Shown: positions 57,928 to 64,000 of the stretch, piece after piece
Layout of the letters: every line of letters starts with the position of its first letter
How positions within the stretch are numbered: position 1 is the stretch's first letter
IMG/VR virus record: IMGVR_UViG_3300042731_011319
Location: 1 to 64,000 of that record
Reading direction: 5' to 3' (one strand)
Origin: a virus
Length of the DNA stretch: 64,000 bases
Notes under the pieces: model-generated
Told to the model about the DNA's origin: nothing
The model's database searches: none
What the model saw: only the letters and a program-made list of their open reading frames with translations
Made by a program: the position numbers and the translations under genes

Positions 57928-59052
57928 TTATGAGTTTTGTTGGTAAATCAATTCTTTAAAATGCTCAATAAGAAAAGAGCAAAGATCTGCAGAGCCTTCT
58001 AGCAAGGCATTTAATTTAGGTTCACCTTGAATTTTTTCTGGAAACTCGAGTTTATTAGATGCAAGTATATCAATAAAGTCTTGCTCGACAGAAATCCATG
58101 CCCCTTTTTTATTAATATAGCCCCATAGATATAACATATCAATTAGCTCTCTTTCTATCCATATAGATGTACCGTTAGTTCTTCCATATTTAATAGGATA
58201 TTCTAGAGTATAGTTGGTTTTTTCATTGGGAGATTTTTTAACAGTAATCTTAGCAATATGACCCAATATTTTATTCTTTTGCTGATCAATGGGCTGAGTT
58301 TGATTCTCAAGTATTAAGTCTTTCTTAAACCGTGGCTCAAACTCAAGGATGTAATTTGCAAAATGCAGCAAGGCATTACCACCGGTTGCTGTAGTCTGGC
58401 GAATTGGGGCTTTGCTATAAGGGTCTAGTTTAATATCAGCACGAACCTGAGAAATGAATATAGCCATATGCCCTCGTTTAGCCAAGGCGATACTCATCTT
58501 TTGCATAAATTTAGCTCCAAGTAATGCACCTCCTGCAACCTTATGAGAGTCCTCGAAGCCCTTATTAAGGTCGTCTTTCATGATTAATCCATCAAGTGAA
58601 TCTAGTATAAAGCAATACTTTGTGCCTTCGGGATTTTTGGCAACTAGAATCCTCATTAAATCAAGGACTGTTTCGTAAATGTTGCAATCAAAAACAAAGC
58701 ATTTGCCACAATCCCATTCGTCTTCTTCGTATGTAAAATCGATTCCGCATCGAGCTCGCATTTCTTTGGATAAGCGTCCTTCAGCTTTAATATAAACGCC
58801 TTTAGAGTCTGGCATTTTCAGGAAGTTCTTCATAACCTCTAAAGCTTCAGAGCTTTTGCCGCCTTCATTCATTCCTGTAAAGCGATGCAGCCCAGGACCG
58901 AGTCCACCGTTCAATTCAAAATCAACTTTTAAACTGCCAGAAGATACTTTATAATCAATTTCTTCTTCAAAATTATAATGATGCTCTTCATTCTGTTTAA
59001 GGAATGATTTTAATGCCTCTTTAGTCTCTGATGGTTCTAATGTTTTGCTCAT
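57928..59052 (-). CDS. recA: RecA/UvsX-like recombinase
   Basis: SSGSL, G.NEGGKS, AE, ILDSL, ISQVR, TGGNAL. Confidence 0.9.
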   Translation of the reverse strand: MSKTLEPSETKEALKSFLKQNEEHHYNFEEEIDYKVSSGSLKVDFELNGGLGPGLHRFTGMNEGGKSSEALEVMKNFLKMPDSKGVYIKAEGRLSKEMRARCGIDFTYEEDEWDCGKCFVFDCNIYETVLDLMRILVAKNPEGTKYCFILDSLDGLIMKDDLNKGFEDSHKVAGGALLGAKFMQKMSIALAKRGHMAIFISQVRADIKLDPYSKAPIRQTTATGGNALLHFANYILEFEPRFKKDLILENQTQPIDQQKNKILGHIAKITVKKSPNEKTNYTLEYPIKYGRTNGTSIWIERELIDMLYLWGYINKKGAWISVEQDFIDILASNKLEFPEKIQGEPKLNALLEGSADLCSFLIEHFKELIYQQNS

Positions 59053-59381
59053 GATAAAAAGTCTCTCAATGTTTTGGGCCTATTGTCTATTTTAAAGTCT
59101 TCTCCACATTTTTCCCCTAATTTAAACTCTTTTTTTTCAGGGATATTGTATTTAAATAAATTATATTTTCTTTTTAATTCCTCGCTAAAGAATCCAGAAC
59201 GAAGCACAATCATACTGTCGAGTTTTTTGCTAAAAGTTAAACCTTGCCAGAATTTAAATTCAGGATATAGTTCTAATAAAATATTAAAAGTTTTAATTTC
59301 TCGACCCCAGAATAAGCGTTTTTGCTTCTCTGGAATATTGATTAAATTCTCAATTATTTTTTTCTTTTCAGTGTGAGTCAC
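59049..59381 (-). CDS. Hypothetical protein
   Basis: First gene of the recA operon. Confidence 0.6.
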   Translation of the reverse strand: MTHTEKKKIIENLINIPEKQKRLFWGREIKTFNILLELYPEFKFWQGLTFSKKLDSMIVLRSGFFSEELKRKYNLFKYNIPEKKEFKLGEKCGEDFKIDNRPKTLRDFLS

Positions 59382-59387
59382 TGAATA

Positions 59388-59416
59388 AAGATAACAAATA
59401 AATGTTTAAAAGTCAA
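59388..59416 (-). promoter_or_regulatory. sigma70-type promoter (leaderless)
   Basis: TTGACT-N17-TATCTT-N6-GTG with TG extension. Confidence 0.7.
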
Positions 59417-59418
59417 GT

Positions 59419-59655
59419 TTATTTAGGTCTAAAGCCAGAATCGTAATCACCTACAATTTGAGACGACAATCCGAAAGTATATAATTTTCTATTTAATTCG
59501 CGACCTGTGTGGTTGTTGTAATAGTTTGTTTGACTAGAGTCTGCGGATAAAATAGTATTAATTCTACTGCGAATATCACTAAGCTTAGCTGATAAAATGT
59601 CGGGAGTGGATATAGAGTGAATTTCTTGCAATAAACTAGGTAAGGTGTCTTCCAT
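59419..59655 (-). CDS. Hypothetical protein (start revised to ATG 59655)
   Basis: GTGTA-N9-ATG. Confidence 0.5.
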   Translation of the reverse strand: MEDTLPSLLQEIHSISTPDILSAKLSDIRSRINTILSADSSQTNYYNNHTGRELNRKLYTFGLSSQIVGDYDSGFRPK

Positions 59656-59668
59656 AAATATATGTACA

Positions 59669-60103
59669 CTATCTTCGCTTGCTTGGGATTGCATAAAATC
59701 CCACCACCATGAAACAAAGATCAATAAAAGAAGAAAGCATTAAGCCTCCCGTAAGCTTAACAACTTCCCAGTCTTTACCACCAAAAATCCAGCTGAAAAG
59801 CCCCCATTTTGAGCTCTCGCCCCTTGGCACGATAATTTCATAAGAAATATCAGGGTTATGAGCATAATAAACCATTAAATAACACATGGTAAAAGTAATA
59901 GACATAAACAGTATCCTGCGAGTAATCTTTACAAATGGGTCACTAGCCTGCTGAGCTTGATTGTCAAGCATTGCCCTCATCATTTCATTGTCTCTGGCGG
60001 CGAGCATCATCTGATCTTGGCGTTTTTGTTCGAGCCAAGCATTTACTAGGTTGCAGGCTAGTTTTATTCCAGCCCCTAAAATAGTATTAAAGATGGGACC
60101 CAT
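59669..60103 (-). CDS. Membrane protein, possible holin
   Basis: 2-3 hydrophobic helices and a basic C-terminus SKRR. Confidence 0.5.
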   Translation of the reverse strand: MGPIFNTILGAGIKLACNLVNAWLEQKRQDQMMLAARDNEMMRAMLDNQAQQASDPFVKITRRILFMSITFTMCYLMVYYAHNPDISYEIIVPRGESSKWGLFSWIFGGKDWEVVKLTGGLMLSSFIDLCFMVVGFYAIPSKRR

Positions 60104-60294
60104 TAGTCTGGGATACTATCGTAATCAGCTTTGCTGCAGAATTTAGTTAACTTTGTGCCATCATCAACTGCTTTTAAGCAATACCTAATAGAGAGCTTAC
60201 CTGTTTTGGTAGTTTTTTCGATAGTATGCTTGGTTACATCTGACTCAGAGATTTGAACCTTTTCTTTTTTCTTTACATTGTAGAACTCGATCAT
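60103..60294 (-). CDS. Small basic protein, possibly DNA-binding
   Basis: EFYNVKKKEKV...RYCLKA..DGTKLTKF. Confidence 0.6.
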   Translation of the reverse strand: MIEFYNVKKKEKVQISESDVTKHTIEKTTKTGKLSIRYCLKAVDDGTKLTKFCSKADYDSIPD

Positions 60295-60306
60295 AATATT
60301 CGGGGT

Positions 60307-61299
60307 TTAATATCCGTCAGAATCATTACAATTCTGCATTTGATTATAAATCCATTCGTATGTTTTTTCAAGTCCATCTTCAAGAGTAATCGATGGAGCC
60401 CAGCCAAGAACTTCTTTGATCATAGTATTGTCACTATTGCGGCCACGAACCCCCTGGGGTGCATCCAGATTATAGTTGCGTTTTAATTTAAGCCCAGCAA
60501 TACCTTCAACAATATCAACAAGTTGATTGATTGAAACCATACGGTCGCTTCCAAGATTCAATGGGCGGGAGTCTCCCTTGTTCCACATTAGTTCCATGCC
60601 AGTAATGCAATCATCAATAAACATAAAAGAACGGGTCTGTTCGCCGTCTCCCCAAATTTCGATTTCATGCTTACCACTCATTTTAGCCTCAATAACTTTA
60701 CGGCAGATTGCAGCAGGAGCTTTCTCTCTACCACCTCTCCATGTGCCGAAAGGTCCATAAACGTTATGGTAACGACAGGTGCGAGAATCAATATCAAAAT
60801 CTTTTCCGTAATAGTAGGTGATGAGTTCGCTAAATAACTTCTCCCATCCATAACCATCGTCTGGATTAGCTGGAAATACATCAGATTCTTTGAGGGCTTG
60901 AGACTCTTGGTCTTTAATTTCAGACTGAATTGCAGCAGGATAAACACAAGCAGTAGAGCTATAAAGAACTTCTTTTACTCCATTATCTCGTGCAGCCATC
61001 ATCATATGAGTCTGGATAAGTACATTTTCCATACAAAGGGCTTGGTTGTGCTCGACGAAACCCATGCCGCCCATATTACAAGCAAGGTTATAAATTCGGT
61101 CAACTCCAACACTTAGCTTATAGCAATGATTTTTTTCTTGGAGGTTACAATCAGGATGATTTTCGGCCGCGTCAAATGTCTGATACCACATATCTGCGGG
61201 CTTAATATCGGCCGCAATAACTTCGTGCCCTTGGGCCAATAAATCTTTAACTAAATAACCAGCAATAAAGCCGCCTGCTCCTCCAACTAGTATTTTCAT
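60307..61299 (-). CDS. GDP-mannose 3,5-epimerase-like SDR
   Basis: GAGGFIA, NMGGMGF, YSSTACVYP, YGWEK, GGREKAPAA.CRK, GVRGRNSDN. Confidence 0.85.
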   Translation of the reverse strand: MKILVGGAGGFIAGYLVKDLLAQGHEVIAADIKPADMWYQTFDAAENHPDCNLQEKNHCYKLSVGVDRIYNLACNMGGMGFVEHNQALCMENVLIQTHMMMAARDNGVKEVLYSSTACVYPAAIQSEIKDQESQALKESDVFPANPDDGYGWEKLFSELITYYYGKDFDIDSRTCRYHNVYGPFGTWRGGREKAPAAICRKVIEAKMSGKHEIEIWGDGEQTRSFMFIDDCITGMELMWNKGDSRPLNLGSDRMVSINQLVDIVEGIAGLKLKRNYNLDAPQGVRGRNSDNTMIKEVLGWAPSITLEDGLEKTYEWIYNQMQNCNDSDGY

Positions 61300-62078
61300 T
61301 TTATATGTTTTTTTATAGTGTCATCGAAATCTTCTAATTCACATTCTGCTTTATAATGGTTAAACCAAATTTCTTCATCATCTTTAAATGATTTAATCTT
61401 AGACCCATGAAACTTAGCACTATGTATTGATAGCCTTTTAATTCTTTCTCGATCAGGAGGATTTATTAGCCATTTTTGTGATCCATCTAGATAAAGACCG
61501 CAATTTGAGTATATATCTCTTACTGATTGATTTCTGATTCTTTGGGTATAGGTTTTACCGTAAAACTCAAAATAATTAAAACCGTTATTGTCTGAAATAA
61601 AATCTTGAATGGAATCGTGATTCCTTAATACCATATATTCGTCTGGGTCTATGTTTAGTATCCATGACTCAGGGCGTTGTAGCATATCCCAATACATTTT
61701 AACTTGACAAGAAGGGTGGCCACTATTATGGTCAACCCCATAAACCCAGGGAACTTCATGTACATTGGGGTACTTTGATATAACTTCGTTAAATTTAGAA
61801 AGTATATCATCATCAGAAAAATCATGGAAATAATCTAAATTAGGCTTGCAGCCCCATACCATTTTTTCTGGAGCAGTTCTTAAGGATTCCCTTCTTTCTA
61901 ATTCTTCTTTTTTTATGTTTTTCCAATACGCGTTTTGGTCAGAAATGGAAGTTAGCCCATTATTATAAATGTATATTGAATTTATGCCCAAGCTTAAATG
62001 GTGATCTATCCATTCTTCTAAAAAGAAAACTTCTTTTCGAAGTAAAATTACTGCGCACAATGTAACTGAGTTATTCAT
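61296..62078 (-). CDS. GT92/GT2-like glycosyltransferase
   Basis: EEWIDHH..LG...IYIYNN, IDPDEY. Confidence 0.7.
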   Translation of the reverse strand: MNNSVTLCAVILLRKEVFFLEEWIDHHLSLGINSIYIYNNGLTSISDQNAYWKNIKKEELERRESLRTAPEKMVWGCKPNLDYFHDFSDDDILSKFNEVISKYPNVHEVPWVYGVDHNSGHPSCQVKMYWDMLQRPESWILNIDPDEYMVLRNHDSIQDFISDNNGFNYFEFYGKTYTQRIRNQSVRDIYSNCGLYLDGSQKWLINPPDRERIKRLSIHSAKFHGSKIKSFKDDEEIWFNHYKAECELEDFDDTIKKHIK

Positions 62079-62901
62079 CTTTTATATTTTCTACCCAATA
62101 ATTAAAGTCTAATGTTTTATAATAAGGTTTTATTTTTTTAGATAATATATTATACTGTTCATTTAAGAAATTTTCAGTAATTTTTTGATAATCTTTTTGG
62201 TGATCTAAGAATAAAATTGGCAATTCAGAGTGATCAAATTGATTATACATGGGATCTTTTATAACGATAGGTATGGCTCCACAATAAAGGGTGTCATAGA
62301 ATCTAAACGAATCAGGCGCTGTACCCCTGGGGCATATAACAAACTTACTCCTTCTTAATTTAATAAAAAAATCTTCATTAGACATAAACCAAGAGCGCTT
62401 TGAGCCATTAAGACCTCTTAGGCCAATATTTTCCAGGGTATAAATGGGGTTGTCTTTTATAAATAAATAAATAGCCTTTCGGATCCAGCTTGTATTTAAT
62501 GAAAAGTTGCCGTAAACTAAAATATCGCGATCCCTCTTTTGAGTACTTTTGTGAAAACAATCTCTTGCCCTAAAATCTCTGCCCATTGGAAGAAACTTAA
62601 TAATGTCGTGAGTATAGTCGACATTATTGCAATAAATTTTTTTAATGTTATCAGGTATGTCTATATCTTTACTTAAGCAGCGATCTGTTTTGCCGCAAAT
62701 AATTGAGTAAATAAATGGTTTTTTAGATATAGGTTCAAAATATTCAAGTATCTTTTGAGGGTTAAAGGTATGCCTATGGCTGCCAATAAAAATAATAGAA
62801 TCTTGGTTTGGTATATCTTTGGCAGAGTTAACGGTAATAATACCGTTTTTTTTAAAAAAGGTTTCGTTAAATAAAAGCAGTATATCTTCCATTGGAAGCA
62901 T
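62071..62901 (-). CDS. GT47/exostosin-like glycosyltransferase
   Basis: SKFVICPRG...DSFRFYDTLYCGAIPI. Confidence 0.75.
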   Translation of the reverse strand: MLPMEDILLLFNETFFKKNGIITVNSAKDIPNQDSIIFIGSHRHTFNPQKILEYFEPISKKPFIYSIICGKTDRCLSKDIDIPDNIKKIYCNNVDYTHDIIKFLPMGRDFRARDCFHKSTQKRDRDILVYGNFSLNTSWIRKAIYLFIKDNPIYTLENIGLRGLNGSKRSWFMSNEDFFIKLRRSKFVICPRGTAPDSFRFYDTLYCGAIPIVIKDPMYNQFDHSELPILFLDHQKDYQKITENFLNEQYNILSKKIKPYYKTLDFNYWVENIKDE

Positions 62902-63479
62902 TACTTTTTTTGAATGCAGAATTGATCTTGCTGGTTGTCGAAATCCTCTATTTCGTCGAAACGGTCTTCGAGGAAACTATCAACTGCGGGCACTACACCG
63001 AAATCTAATAATCTTACTTGAGTATCACCGTCGATATATGCATTACCGCATAAAAACCCTTGAGGCTTTAATTTAGTCCACCAGATGTCAAGGTCTTGGC
63101 TTACAAAAGAATAGGAATGGTTAGCATCCAAGTATATCCAATCTAGTGATTCGTCTTCAAATTGATGAAGCGCATCAACAGAATATTTTTTGATGATATT
63201 TACCTTTGGCTCTGTAGAAAATCTAGAGGAAACTTCTTTGAAAATTTCGTCCATATCATCTTGTGGAATAGCATGCCATCTAGCAGGAATATCCATAATA
63301 CTATCCCAAGGATCAATTAGATTTAATTCTGAAGGGGATTGATCTAAGATACAAGATGAGAAATCGCCTTTGAATACTCCTACTTCCACACATTTGGAGT
63401 TAGGAGTAATTAGTTCTAATAAGGACTTTCGGCCGCTAGATAATTCAAAATAATAAGGAAGTGGAAATTGATCTGTCAT
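62901..63479 (-). CDS. SAM-dependent methyltransferase (Methyltransf_24-like)
   Basis: VEVGVFKG, IDPW, LDWIYLDANHSY. Confidence 0.85.
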   Translation of the reverse strand: MTDQFPLPYYFELSSGRKSLLELITPNSKCVEVGVFKGDFSSCILDQSPSELNLIDPWDSIMDIPARWHAIPQDDMDEIFKEVSSRFSTEPKVNIIKKYSVDALHQFEDESLDWIYLDANHSYSFVSQDLDIWWTKLKPQGFLCGNAYIDGDTQVRLLDFGVVPAVDSFLEDRFDEIEDFDNQQDQFCIQKK

Positions 63480-63482
63480 TGG

Positions 63483-64000
63483 TTAAAATTGGTAATTATA
63501 TTTATTAATATCCCCTTGATATATATTATACACAGCTCTTTTACTATCTTCCATATATAATTTTCTATAGTCTGAATTATTTGTTGAGTTAATTTTACGA
63601 AGATTAGTTCTTGGTAGTTGAAGTTTTTTTAAAATGTATGCATAGTCTTCTTGAATGTTTTCAAATCTAGCAAGATAATCAATATTAGAATCAAGGAAAT
63701 AATCATAAGCTTGAAAATGGATGCCAGATTGAAAAGAACCCTCTTCCCGTTTCATTAGTTTCATGAAGTCAGGGATATGATTGACGAATTCATTAAAATC
63801 CATTTCGTTTGCAGCATCTGATATAATGCTATTTCTTTTATACCAATGATGTCCTGGTTTTAGTTTGCGAAAATATTTATACGCCGAAACTACCCGATCA
63901 TATGGATTGCGAATAAAAGTAAACGAAAAATAATTAGAATGTTCAGAGTGATAAGACATTGGGGAATGACCAGAAAACCCAAGCGACTCTAAGTTAAGCT
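63483..64000 (-). CDS. Sulfotransferase family 2, 5'-truncated at window edge
   Basis: FTFIRNPYDRVVSAY, RFENI, YRKLY...DI..YNYQF; frame stays open to the window end. Confidence 0.85.
   Translation of the reverse strand, partial: LNLESLGFSGHSPMSYHSEHSNYFSFTFIRNPYDRVVSAYKYFRKLKPGHHWYKRNSIISDAANEMDFNEFVNHIPDFMKLMKREEGSFQSGIHFQAYDYFLDSNIDYLARFENIQEDYAYILKKLQLPRTNLRKINSTNNSDYRKLYMEDSKRAVYNIYQGDINKYNYQF

Noticed and set aside
44731-59052. Inteins or introns in dnaE, dnaB or recA
   Set aside because: Protein lengths are normal, and no intein terminal motifs or homing endonuclease ORFs are visible.
1550-59669. GTGTA as an ordinary sigma70 extended -10
   Set aside because: The TG abuts TA without the spacer base, the -7 T is not conserved, and no -35 box is present, unlike the sigma70 class.
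324-63076. Numerous short plus-strand and nested ORFs in the track (e.g. 10559-10966, 35795-36322, 43627-43941)
   Set aside because: They are antisense or out-of-frame shadows of well-supported genes.
1-64000. Stop-codon reassignment
   Set aside because: Conserved genes are full length in the standard code, all three stops are used as terminators, and no suppressor tRNA was seen.

Overview
The window is an AT-rich, gene-dense segment of a large tailed bacteriophage genome, coded almost entirely on the minus strand. No capsid or terminase gene is in view, but tail-fibre genes and a phage-type replication cluster are. The host is inferred to be a PVC bacterium, probably a verrucomicrobium, mainly from an ECF sigma factor of the Rhodopirellula/Verrucomicrobium type. 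Contents: (i) a replication/recombination set: RecA, DnaB, primase, a Cas4/RecB-like nuclease, RuvB, and a DNA polymerase III alpha split into PHP, exonuclease and core genes; (ii) a tail-fibre operon plus a second, paralogous fibre gene; (iii) tRNA-Thr(UGU), a complete tmRNA with a readable tag, and a ClpC/ClpA-type unfoldase; (iv) two sigma-like factors and two separable promoter classes: sigma70-type TTGACw-N17-TAnnnT, and a recurrent GTGTA element 9-13 nt before start codons, with many transcripts predicted leaderless. The best candidate for an undescribed system is a self-contained sulfated-glycan pathway. It comprises at least six sulfotransferases, an APS kinase fused to a HIGH-motif nucleotidyltransferase (a candidate minimal PAPS synthase), pyrophosphatase, CysQ, GDP-mannose 3,5-epimerase and GT10/GT31/GT7/GT47/GT92-like glycosyltransferases. 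Other oddities are a P-II-fold gene in the tail-fibre-chaperone position, a near-consensus sigma70 promoter built into a terminator hairpin, and a UvsE homologue that has lost most metal ligands. All family calls come from motif recognition by eye; no database searches were run.
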